NCBI GenBank assembly: GCA_045587385.1
Contig: JAZNCE010000048.1
Span: 9,797-73,796 of the forward strand
DNA: 64,000 nt
Direction of reading: 5' to 3'
DNA from: Eubacteriales bacterium
GTDB taxonomy: Bacteria > Bacillota > Clostridia > Oscillospirales > CAG-272
Part shown: one piece after another, positions 9,866-18,227 of the stretch
Layout: each line of letters opens with the position of its first letter
Numbering within the stretch: the stretch's first letter is position 1
Made by a program: the position numbers and the translations under genes
The notes under the pieces: model-generated
The model's input: the letters and a program-made list of their open reading frames with translations, nothing else
Told to the model about the DNA's origin: nothing
Database searches by the model: none

Positions 9866-10513
9866 ATGGCTAATTTTTTGAATCCCTTTGCGCTGTTCGG
9901 TAACGCCGCAGAGAACGGCATCGTCGGCGGTGCGGACACGATTCCCGGAATCGGCGTGCTTATCGCTATTTTACTGGCGATCAGTGCCGTATCTTTGATC
10001 GTGACGCTGATCCATTATCTGCTGTATTGCTTTGGCATTTTCCGCATTGCAAAAAAGCTGGACGTTGATCTTGCTTGGCTGGCATGGATCCCCTACGCGC
10101 AGTATTATACGCTGGGTAAGGTTGCAGAGAAGTGCGACGAGCGCGCAGGCAATTTCTCCCCTCGTCCTTGGGCTAAGATCGTGCTGATTGGCTCGATCGG
10201 CACCGTGGTTGCTTACGCAATCTTGTACGTTGTCAATTTTATTTTCTCTCTCATTCCCTTTGTAGGCTTTATCATGAGTCTGCTGATTACCGCAGTCATG
10301 ATGGTGATCGCGCTGGTGCCGCTGGTGCTGGACAGCATTTGCCGCTGGAAGATCTACCGTGAATTTTACGCCGAGCCCGTCAACGTCGTGCTCTTTATCG
10401 TGGGCATCGTGCTCAACGTACAGGCAATCATCACTCTGATTGCAAGCTTCTGCAAGCTCCGGTCTGCAAAGGATGATGCAATCGAAAACGTAGAATATTC
10501 CGTTGTTGAGTAA
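9866..10513 (+). CDS. Polytopic membrane protein, paralog 2 of 4
   Basis: GGAGG RBS. Motif RIAKKLDVDLAWLAWIPYAQYYTLGKVAEK....PRPWAKIVLIG. Confidence 0.7.
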   Translation: MANFLNPFALFGNAAENGIVGGADTIPGIGVLIAILLAISAVSLIVTLIHYLLYCFGIFRIAKKLDVDLAWLAWIPYAQYYTLGKVAEKCDERAGNFSPRPWAKIVLIGSIGTVVAYAILYVVNFIFSLIPFVGFIMSLLITAVMMVIALVPLVLDSICRWKIYREFYAEPVNVVLFIVGIVLNVQAIITLIASFCKLRSAKDDAIENVEYSVVE

Positions 10514-10604
10514 TTCACTCTGCGGGGAAATATGAAAAAATCATGCGCCTCCCCGCAAGGAGGCGCATTTTGCTTATTTGATGTAAGCATGGAAAGGAGT
10601 CGTT

Positions 10605-11210
10605 ATGATCGGCTTGATTCTTTTTATGATCGTATTTTTCGTATTCATTCTGCCCTTGACCATTTTGGTTGCCGTTGTGGGCGAATATTTGATCAGATCC
10701 TTTGCCCTGTACCGCATTGCGGGGCAAACCGGCGCATGCAATCCCAAGCATGCGTGGATTCCCGTTTATCAGTATTGGGTCATGGGCAAATGTGCCGAGG
10801 AATGTGACGCACAAACGGGTAGAGGCGGCAAAAAGCCGTGGAAATGGAGCAAGATTTTGCTGATCATGCGCATTTCTTACTTAGGCGCAATGATTTTCTT
10901 AATGCCTGTTGCGTTTCTTTTGGCAATATTCGGCGGCGGGATTTTACTTGAAGGTATCTCCTGGCTGTCCATTGCTCTGACGGTATTCGTTGCCGTTTGC
11001 GCCTTCAAAATGTACCGTTATTACGTAGATGATCCCTATGACAGCATTGCTTTGGTGCTGACTGTGCTGTATCCCGGCTGGATCTCCACCGCGCTGCTGA
11101 TCGCGTCTTTTTTCCCGCCCCGCGCGCAAAAGGCGTCCGCACCCAAGGCTGACGTTGCGCAGTGCGGCGGTGCTGCCGTGATCGCGGCACAAGAGTCCGA
11201 CGAGGGCTGA
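10605..11210 (+). CDS. Polytopic membrane protein, paralog 3 of 4
   Basis: AAAGGAG RBS. Motif RIAGQTGA...HAWIPVYQYWVMGKCAEE....KKPWKWSKILLI. Confidence 0.7.
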   Translation: MIGLILFMIVFFVFILPLTILVAVVGEYLIRSFALYRIAGQTGACNPKHAWIPVYQYWVMGKCAEECDAQTGRGGKKPWKWSKILLIMRISYLGAMIFLMPVAFLLAIFGGGILLEGISWLSIALTVFVAVCAFKMYRYYVDDPYDSIALVLTVLYPGWISTALLIASFFPPRAQKASAPKADVAQCGGAAVIAAQESDEG

Positions 11211-11223
11211 TACGGGAGGACGT

Positions 11224-12003
11224 ATGCTTAGACAACTTTTAAGAGAGTATCCCGATCTCGGATCATTTTGGTACGGGCATTGGGAGGATGTGGAGCTCAC
11301 GCCCCTTGCGTTTTTGATCTTGATGGGCGTTTTGCTCGGTCTGTTGCTTGCGTTTGTGCTTGCAGTATTTGTCGGTTACGTGCTGCAGTCTGTAGCCCTT
11401 ACTAAAATTGCCAAAAAAATGGGCGCGTGGCGCAATATCCGTACCATGGCTGCCTTTCCGTTTGTAAGGTATTTTGCGATCGGCAAGCTGGCAGAGCGCG
11501 GTGACGCGATATGGGGCGAGGAGAAAAAACGCCGCCTGTGGGGCAGAATCTTGCTGATTGGCGGCTGCATTCTGGTTCCGCTTACGGTTGTTTTGCTGGC
11601 GGTTGCGCTGATCGGGCTGTTCGGCACGCAGATATTTATGCTGATCTCAGAGGATGGCGGCAGCTTTTTGTGGGAAGCGAATTCCGAGTTCCTTAACGCC
11701 CTGATGCTGATCTTGTTCGTGCTGCTGATCTTAATCTGGCTTCCGGCGCTTCTTTTTGCGCTGGTTGCAGAGGAAACGTTTTATTTGATCTTGGTCGTTT
11801 TGCCCTTTGCGGGGATCGCGTGCCTGCTTTTGGGCACGGTGGTCTTAGCCGTGATCCGCGCGCTGAGCGGCACGTGCTATTATAAGATACTGCGTACCGT
11901 TTACGCGCAAAAAACGGCTCTGCTCTTGACCATTATTGGTGCCGTAACGGGACTTACTCCCATTGTTTTGTTTGCAGCAAGCTTGAAAAAAGCACAAAAT
12001 TGA
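11224..12003 (+). CDS. Polytopic membrane protein, paralog 4 of 4 (most divergent)
   Basis: GGGAGGA RBS. Motif KIAKKMGAW...FPFVRYFAIGKLAER....RRLWGRILLIG. Confidence 0.65.
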   Translation: MLRQLLREYPDLGSFWYGHWEDVELTPLAFLILMGVLLGLLLAFVLAVFVGYVLQSVALTKIAKKMGAWRNIRTMAAFPFVRYFAIGKLAERGDAIWGEEKKRRLWGRILLIGGCILVPLTVVLLAVALIGLFGTQIFMLISEDGGSFLWEANSEFLNALMLILFVLLILIWLPALLFALVAEETFYLILVVLPFAGIACLLLGTVVLAVIRALSGTCYYKILRTVYAQKTALLLTIIGAVTGLTPIVLFAASLKKAQN

Positions 12004-12010
12004 ATATGAG

Positions 12011-12040
12011 AAAAAGCCTCGGCACTTGCCGAGGCTTTTT
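12011..12040. terminator. Bidirectional terminator hairpin
   Basis: AAAAAGCCTCGGCACTTGCCGAGGCTTTTT. Confidence 0.6.
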
Positions 12041-12251
12041 AACAACTTTTCGTAGGGACAGGCGTAGCGAAGCGGCACGAGCGCAATGAATGACATGCCA
12101 GTGGCATGTCAGAACGCGAGTGTGACCGAGCCGCAGCGAGCCCTCGACTGTCCGCTTCATCGTAGGGCGGGGGCTTGCTCCCGCAGGGCGCGTATAAAAT
12201 GAATTCCGCCAACGGTATGCCGTTGGCGGATATTTTGTATTATGAGATACA

Positions 12252-13574
12252 TCAGAAAATCGGATAGCCTGCTGCCTCGTGTGCTGCGCGGAGCTCGTCG
12301 CAAAGTGCTACGATCTCGTCGGTGGAGAGCTGGCTGCCGGTGTGGGGATCCATCATAGCTGCCTGATATACGTGCTCCATCTTGCCGGTTACGGCTGCCT
12401 CGATAGTCAGCAGCTGTACGCCTATGTTGGTCATGTTCATGGCTGCAAGCTGCAGGGGCAGGGGACCTGCGTAGGTGGGATGAATACCGGTGCGGTCCAC
12501 CATGCAGGAAACCTCCACGCAAGCCTCGTTAGGCAGGTTGGGGATCAGACCGTTGTTGAGCACGTTACCGCCGATACGGTAGGGCTGATCGGTCAGAATT
12601 GCTTCCATAATGTGAGACGCGTACTCGCGGGAACGGGTGTGCGTGATCTGACCGCCTGCCATCAGCTCTTCCTTCTGATGTGCCCAATGCGCGATCTGGT
12701 TGACGCAGCGTCTGGGGTATTCGTCCAGCGGGATGTTGAACTTTTCAATCAGCTCGGGACGGTTTTCCTTGATGTAGAAGTAGTTGTATTCTGCATTGTG
12801 CTCGCTGGATTCGGTGCAGTAGTAGCCCAGCTTGTCAATGTAGTCAAAGCGCACCATATCGTCGTGCTTTTCGTTTGCGTTCTTAGCCTTAGCTCTTTCC
12901 TTGATCTCGGGATAGAGGTCGTTGCCGTCCTTGTCCTGAATTTCAAGCAGCCAAGCCATGTGGTTAATGCCGGCAATTTTCTCTTTTCTGCCTTCCAGCT
13001 TATCCTGCATGCCAAGTCTGTGCAAAAGTCCCTCGGAGCAAACCTGTACGCTGTGGCAAAGGCCAACCGTCTTGACCTTGGTGTATCTCTGCATGTAGCC
13101 TGCCAGCATAGCCATGGGGTTGGTGTAGTTCAGGAACCATGCATTGGGGCAAACCTCTTCCATATCGGCAGCAAATTCCTTGAGTACGACAATGGTACGC
13201 AGCGCGCGGAAAATACCGCCAATGCCCAGCGTGTCGCCAATGGTCTGGCGCAGACCGTACTTCTTGGGAACCTCAAAGTCGATGATGGTGCAAGGATCGT
13301 ACAGACCTACCTGAATGGCATCGACCACGAAATCTGCACCGCGCAGCGCGTCCTTGCGGTTTTCCACGCCAAGGTACTTGCTGATCTTTGCACGGTTTTC
13401 GTTGATGTTTTCGTTGAGCTTGGTGATGAGCAGATAGGATTCGTCCAGTCTGTCCGCGTCAATGTCGTAAAGCGCAATCTCCGCATCCTGCAGGCAGGGG
13501 GTCAGCATTGCATCACCCAGCACGTTCTTTGCAAAAACGGTAGAGCCTGCGCCCATAAATGTAATTTTAGCCAT
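12252..13574 (-). CDS. GH4 family NAD-dependent alpha-glucosidase/alpha-galactosidase
   Basis: N-terminal Rossmann motif KITFMGAGSTVFAKN and family-like body (GLCHSVQ, NHMAWLL). The second ATG (MAKITF) is better spaced from AAGGAG than the track start at 13580. Confidence 0.75.
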   Translation of the reverse strand: MAKITFMGAGSTVFAKNVLGDAMLTPCLQDAEIALYDIDADRLDESYLLITKLNENINENRAKISKYLGVENRKDALRGADFVVDAIQVGLYDPCTIIDFEVPKKYGLRQTIGDTLGIGGIFRALRTIVVLKEFAADMEEVCPNAWFLNYTNPMAMLAGYMQRYTKVKTVGLCHSVQVCSEGLLHRLGMQDKLEGRKEKIAGINHMAWLLEIQDKDGNDLYPEIKERAKAKNANEKHDDMVRFDYIDKLGYYCTESSEHNAEYNYFYIKENRPELIEKFNIPLDEYPRRCVNQIAHWAHQKEELMAGGQITHTRSREYASHIMEAILTDQPYRIGGNVLNNGLIPNLPNEACVEVSCMVDRTGIHPTYAGPLPLQLAAMNMTNIGVQLLTIEAAVTGKMEHVYQAAMMDPHTGSQLSTDEIVALCDELRAAHEAAGYPIF

Positions 13575-13734
13575 AGTCATTCTCCTTTGCTAAACTTGTT
13601 GATTTCATTATACCGATTTTTGTGCGAAAAATCAATAGGATTTGGGGATATTTTTATTTTTTTCGCGCAAGGGCTTTTATTGCGGGAAAATTTATGCTAT
13701 AATGGTCGCAGTTGATTTTTCCGGAGTGTTTATC

Positions 13735-15126
13735 ATGATCAAATATTTGAAAAATATAAAGTGGGGGCTTTTGCCCACGGTGGTCGCGCTTGCGCTGCCC
13801 ACCATGCTTGAGCAGCTCATGCACACGGCGGTGCAGTACGTGGATACCGCCATGGTCGGCTCGCTTGGCACGCAGGCATCCGCTGCGGTTGGGTCTACGA
13901 GCACGGTAGGCTGGCTGGTCGGCAGCTCGCTGTCCGCGCTGGGCGTGGGATTTTTGTCCTATATTGCGCGCAGTATGGGGGCGGGAGACAAGGAAAAATG
14001 CCGCCGCGCGTCCGGGCAAGCCGTGCTTGCCGTGCTGGTGGCGGGCATTCTGTTCACGTTGCTCACGCTCACACTCTCTCCCATTGTGCCCGTGCTCATG
14101 CAGGTCGATCCCGATATCCGGGACGTTGCCGCAACGTATTTCTTTATCGTATATACCCCCATGCTGTTCCGTGCCGCATCCATCATTTTCGGCGGCGTGT
14201 TGCGCGGTGCGGGGGATACCAAAACGCCCATGCGCGTGGGTATTTTGGTCAATATCATCAACGTCGTGCTCAATTTTTTGCTCATCTACCCCACAAGAAC
14301 TCTCGCGCTGCCGTGGTTTGATTTGTTTGTACCCGGTGCGGGACTTGGCGTCATCGGTGCCGGCGTGGCAAGTGCCGTTTCCTTTGCTGTCGGTGGTATT
14401 GCCATCACGGTTGCGGTGTTCAAGCACCCCGTCATTTCTCCGCGCGGGCAAAAATTGCGCCCCGATAAGGAGATCCTGCGTCCTTGCTTAAAGGTTGCCA
14501 TGCCCAATATGGCGCAAAGATTTGCCACCTCGCTTGGTTACGTGGTGTTTGCGTCCATGATCAATTCGCTTGGTGATATTTCCACCGCCGCGCACGGCTT
14601 TGCCAACACCGTGGAATCGGCGTTTTACATCCCCGGCTTTGGCATGCAGGCGGCAGCCGCTACCTTGGCGGGCAACTGCGTGGGCGCGAAGGATAAGGGT
14701 AAATTGAAGGATCTGGGCAGGCTGATGCTGGTCTGTGAGGTGCTGCTCATGATCGTTTCGGGCGGACTTCTGTTCCTTCTGGCAGAACCCATGATGTGCA
14801 TTTTCTCGTCCGATCCCGAGGTCATCTCGCTTGGTGCCACCGTTTTGCGTATGGTGGCGCTGTCAGAGCCCTTTTACGGTGTGACTATTATCACCGAGGG
14901 CATGATGCAGGGCGTGGGAAACACCAAAACGCCGTTTTTCTTCAACGTACTGGGCATGTGGGGCATGCGCATTTTCGGTACGTTCTTGTGCCTGTGGCTT
15001 TTGCCCAATCCCACCCTGGTTGCGGCGTGGGGCTGCATGATCGCGCATAACCTTGCGCTGTTCTGCATGTTTTCCGTGTATTACAAAAAGGGCAAGTGGA
15101 GCCCGTTGCACAGGGGCGTGCAGTGA
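13735..15126 (+). CDS. MATE family efflux transporter
   Basis: Start MIKYLKNIKWGLLPTVVALALPTMLEQL.. is a typical MATE N-terminus. 12-TM pattern. An extended -10 (TGcTATAAT) lies near 13695-13703. Confidence 0.75.
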   Translation: MIKYLKNIKWGLLPTVVALALPTMLEQLMHTAVQYVDTAMVGSLGTQASAAVGSTSTVGWLVGSSLSALGVGFLSYIARSMGAGDKEKCRRASGQAVLAVLVAGILFTLLTLTLSPIVPVLMQVDPDIRDVAATYFFIVYTPMLFRAASIIFGGVLRGAGDTKTPMRVGILVNIINVVLNFLLIYPTRTLALPWFDLFVPGAGLGVIGAGVASAVSFAVGGIAITVAVFKHPVISPRGQKLRPDKEILRPCLKVAMPNMAQRFATSLGYVVFASMINSLGDISTAAHGFANTVESAFYIPGFGMQAAAATLAGNCVGAKDKGKLKDLGRLMLVCEVLLMIVSGGLLFLLAEPMMCIFSSDPEVISLGATVLRMVALSEPFYGVTIITEGMMQGVGNTKTPFFFNVLGMWGMRIFGTFLCLWLLPNPTLVAAWGCMIAHNLALFCMFSVYYKKGKWSPLHRGVQ

Positions 15127-15156
15127 AATTGCTACGCGAATATAAGCGGTTTATGA

Positions 15157-15436
15157 TAGCCGCACGGGAGTCGAACCGAGTTGCCCGATGGCGATTCATT
15201 TTCGCATCTTTCGGCGTGCTTTTACTCGCAAGATTGGTATCTTGCTTCGCAAAATCCCACCAAAATCTATCAAAAATGCATTCGCCCTCGGGTGCGAGCA
15301 GTTTTGACGCAGCAGATTTTTTTGAGCCCAAAAGCTTTTCCCGCAGGGCATACAGGCAGTATGTCCAAGGGAAACGCTGCAGGGATGGGGAAAATCTGCC
15401 CGTCAAAACCAACTTGGTTCGACTCCCGTACGGCTA
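15157..15436 (+). mobile_element. MITE-like non-coding element, copy 1 (280 bp, ~22-nt terminal inverted repeats)
   Basis: TAGCCGCACGGGAGTCGAACCGAG...CTTGGTTCGACTCCCGTACGGCTA. About 95% identical to 18228-18507. The terminal TA on each end is compatible with a TA target duplication. Confidence 0.7.
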
Positions 15437-15458
15437 AAATTACGGAGGAATATTGCAA

Positions 15459-15809
15459 ATGAAATATAGCGGTAAATTACTGGCTCTTGCCATGATTCTC
15501 GCCATCGTGAGTGCTTTTGCGGTCGGCTGTGTCGGTCCCGAGAGCGACGACAGCGGTGTCAATGAAAACACCGATACCACGAATACTACGACTACTACGC
15601 AAACCACCACCCAAGCACCCACCACGCAGGCACCTACCACCCAAGCACCTACCACTGAAGCACCCACCACCGAGAACGGTATGGGCAGCATCGCAGGGGA
15701 CGTCAGCGAGGCGGTCAGCGACGCGGTTTCGGGTGGTAATACCACCGAGTCGGCAACCACGCAGACGCCTTCCCGAAACGGCAGAATGCGCGGACGCGAG
15801 GGAAAGTGA
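15459..15809 (+). CDS. Lipoprotein with Thr-rich (TTQAP)n linker
   Basis: GGAGG lies 9 nt upstream of ATG 15459. Signal peptide plus lipobox (LAIVSAFAVGC). Repetitive TTQAPTTQAPTTQAPTTEAPTTE. Confidence 0.65.
   Translation: MKYSGKLLALAMILAIVSAFAVGCVGPESDDSGVNENTDTTNTTTTTQTTTQAPTTQAPTTQAPTTEAPTTENGMGSIAGDVSEAVSDAVSGGNTTESATTQTPSRNGRMRGREGK
15606..15674 (+). repeat. 15-bp in-frame tandem repeat (about 4.5 units) encoding TTQAP
   Basis: ACCACCCAAGCACCC / ACCACGCAGGCACCT / ACCACCCAAGCACCT / ACCACTGAAGCACCC / ACCACCGAG. Confidence 0.8.
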
Positions 15810-15927
15810 CGATGCGGACGCATCGTCAGTGAAATATTTGCTTCGCAAATGTGAAATTTGCCTTTGGCAAGTGAAATTCGCCTTCGGCGAGTGAAATATT
15901 TGCGAAGTGTTACTTCGCAAATGTGAG
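15806..15927 (+). repeat. Array of 5 mini-hairpins, each preceded by GTGA(A/C)(A/G)(T/A) (GTGAAAT-type punctuation)
   Basis: GTGACGATGCGGACGCATCGTCA | GTGAAATATTTGCTTCGCAAAT | GTGAAATTTGCCTTTGGCAA | GTGAAATTCGCCTTCGGCGA | GTGAAATATTTGCGAAGTGTTACTTCGCAAAT | GTGAG. Confidence 0.8.
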
Positions 15928-15943
15928 AAGTTAGTTTCAGCCT

Positions 15944-15972
15944 ACAAAAACCGCAGCCCCATCGGGCTGCGG
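15944..15972 (-). terminator. Rho-independent terminator of lysK
   Basis: CCGCAGCCC-CATC-GGGCTGCGG, followed on the minus strand by TTTTTG. Confidence 0.65.
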
Positions 15973-15987
15973 TATATTATTTTGAAA

Positions 15988-18060
15988 TCAATGAATCTGC
16001 GTGCCAGTGGGAACGCTGTCGTCTACAAAGATGACCTTGCAGCCGCAGGCGTTGTTGGTGGCAGCAAGCAGCATGCCCTGCGAATTGATGTTGCAAATTC
16101 TGTTCGGCTTTAAGTTCGCGATCACGATGATCTTTTTGCCGATCAGGGATTCGGGGGTGTACTCCGCCTTGATCGAGGACATGATGATTCTCTCGCCAAT
16201 GCCGTCGTCCAAGGTCAGCTTAAGGCAAGCGTTGGACTTGCGCAGCGTTTCTGCCTTGAGGATCTTGCAAACGCGCAGATCGATCTTGTCAAAGTCTTCG
16301 ATCACGCACTGCTCCTTGACGGGCTGTACGGGATCTGCCTCGCCTCTGGGTGCTTCGGGCGCAGCGGGAGCAGCGGAAGCTTGCTCTGCGGGAGCTTCGC
16401 AAACCTGGCAAGCCTGCTCAGCGGCAATTTCCGCCTCGGTCTTGGGGTAGGAGAAGTCCAAGAGGTGCACGTACTTGTCCGCGTCGATGGCGTACAGGAA
16501 CAGATACAGTCTGGGGCCCTGCTCCTTGTCGATCAGCAGCTTATATACGGTCTTGAAGAAGTTGCCCTGAATGCCCTTGATCTCCTTGGAGTCGGCAAGC
16601 TCGGGGTAAACCTGCTTGGGAATATCGTAAATGGCGGTATTGAGCTCGTCAAGCGTGTAGCCGCCCTTGGCGATATAGTCGTGCAGAAGGGCGATCTGCT
16701 GCTTTTCCTGCTCGGAGAGCGCGTCAAATACCTCAAAGTTACGGGTCCGGCGCAGGCGATTGACCTGCTCGGGAGCGCACTGCTCCAGCCAGAACTTTGC
16801 TCTCTCCAGTCTGTCTGCAAACTGCTCGTACTTGTAGGGCATACCGATCTTTTCAAATACGGTCTCCAGGAGCGGTACGTTGAAGTCCACGATGGAGCCC
16901 AGCTGGACCAAAAGACCCATGGGAACGGTCTCGACGTGTCTGCCCTCGATCAGGCACTTTTCCATAATGGAGGCAGTTGCCTCGTTTGCCTTGCCCTCGC
17001 GGTAGTCGCTCAGCATCTTGTCAAACTCAAAATACTGGCGCAGAATGCCGTCGTCAAAGCAAATGTCGAACGCCTTAACGGGATCGGTCTTGGCGTACAG
17101 CCAGAGCAGCACCTCGGGCTGATACAGCTTGAGCATGGTCTCGGGGGTGAGGTTGATGCCCGAGGAAGAGGACATCTTGCCTGCCAAGCCCTTGATGCCG
17201 ATGAATTCGTAGCCCTGATACAGGGGTGCCTGGTGGTTAAATACCTTCTTGGCGATCTGCTTGGAGTTGTTGTAGGAGCCGGTGGGCGCGGAGTGGTCCT
17301 TTCCGCCGGGCTCGAAGTCAACGCCCTCGTGACGCCATCTCATTGCCCAGTCAACCTTCCAACCCAGCTTGCAGTTGTGATTTTCAAGGAAGTTGAAGTG
17401 ACCGGAGTGACCGCAGCGGCAGGTGTAGTCTGCCTCGGTGCCGTCAGCGGAGAATGCGGTAATGGTGGTAAAGTCGGTGTGGCAAGCGTCGCAGAAAATG
17501 CTGACGGGGCTGTAAGCTGCCTTCTCGGCGTCGTGCTCAGCCTTGAGCTCCTCTTCGCTCTTGCTCTTGTCCTTGGTCTTAAAGGAGTCAAGGATCTCAA
17601 AGATCTCGCCGCGCTTCTGAATAGACTCCAGAATTGCATCAGCATATGCACCCGAGCGGTACAAATCAGCCTGATAGCGGCAGTCGAGCTTGATGCCGAA
17701 AGGCTCAATACCCTTTAAGAATTCGTCCTCAAAGTGCTTTGCGTAGTTTTCGTGGCAGCCCCAAGGGTCGGGAATATCCACGTAAGGGCAGCCGATGTAT
17801 TTGTCGTAATCGTTGCCCACGACCGCCTGCACGTTTGCGGGGATCTTGCGGCAACGGTCGTATTCATCCCAGGAAATCAAAAGTCTTGCCTTTTTGCCTG
17901 CCTTTTCCAGTGCCTTTACCACGAACAAGGGGGTTGCCAGATCGCGGAAGTTACCAATGTGCACCGAGCCGGAGGGAGAAACACCGGCAGCGCAGACGTA
18001 TTCATCCTTATCGGGATTTTGCGCGATGATCTTTTTTGCGATTTCTTCTGACCAATGCAT
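15988..18060 (-). CDS. lysK: Class I lysyl-tRNA synthetase fused to a C-terminal EMAP/Trbp111-like tRNA-binding domain
   Basis: Start MHWSEEIAKKI after AAAGGAG. Class-I LysRS signature SPSGSVHIGNFRD and a KMSKS equivalent, GKMSSSSG. The C-terminal ~110 aa (DLRVCKILKAE...IIVIANLKPNRI...SQGMLLAA) resemble the MetRS-type tRNA-binding OB domain. Confidence 0.8.
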   Translation of the reverse strand: MHWSEEIAKKIIAQNPDKDEYVCAAGVSPSGSVHIGNFRDLATPLFVVKALEKAGKKARLLISWDEYDRCRKIPANVQAVVGNDYDKYIGCPYVDIPDPWGCHENYAKHFEDEFLKGIEPFGIKLDCRYQADLYRSGAYADAILESIQKRGEIFEILDSFKTKDKSKSEEELKAEHDAEKAAYSPVSIFCDACHTDFTTITAFSADGTEADYTCRCGHSGHFNFLENHNCKLGWKVDWAMRWRHEGVDFEPGGKDHSAPTGSYNNSKQIAKKVFNHQAPLYQGYEFIGIKGLAGKMSSSSGINLTPETMLKLYQPEVLLWLYAKTDPVKAFDICFDDGILRQYFEFDKMLSDYREGKANEATASIMEKCLIEGRHVETVPMGLLVQLGSIVDFNVPLLETVFEKIGMPYKYEQFADRLERAKFWLEQCAPEQVNRLRRTRNFEVFDALSEQEKQQIALLHDYIAKGGYTLDELNTAIYDIPKQVYPELADSKEIKGIQGNFFKTVYKLLIDKEQGPRLYLFLYAIDADKYVHLLDFSYPKTEAEIAAEQACQVCEAPAEQASAAPAAPEAPRGEADPVQPVKEQCVIEDFDKIDLRVCKILKAETLRKSNACLKLTLDDGIGERIIMSSIKAEYTPESLIGKKIIVIANLKPNRICNINSQGMLLAATNNACGCKVIFVDDSVPTGTQIH

Positions 18061-18227
18061 AAAAAGTCTCCTTTTATTTATCATAATTTGAATGTGTACA
18101 TAATAATTCATCTTATAGTATAACACAATTTTTTGGCGCTGTCAATCGGTATGTTTGCTGATATTTTGCCTGCCGTGGTATATTTTTCGGGCATAAAAGA
18201 ACGAAAGCGGCGCAAACTATGATTGGG

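Noticed and set aside
15157-15436. tRNA gene or tRNA fragment (GGTTCGACTCCCGTACGGCTA looks like a T-arm plus acceptor)
   Set aside because: There is no matching 5' T-stem, D-arm or anticodon arm. The 5' end of the element is simply the inverted complement of the 3' end, so these are terminal inverted repeats, not a tRNA.
15806-15927. Possible CRISPR array (also considered for 39345-39519)
   Set aside because: The constant element is only 7 nt, units are 17-32 nt long, each variable part is a self-complementary hairpin rather than a spacer, and no cas genes are present in the window.
18061-18227. T-box riboswitch leader upstream of the lysyl-tRNA synthetase gene
   Set aside because: Reading the minus strand, I found no T-box consensus (AGGGTGGTACCGCG-like) or specifier/antiterminator arrangement. 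Most of the upstream space is taken by the MITE-like copy.
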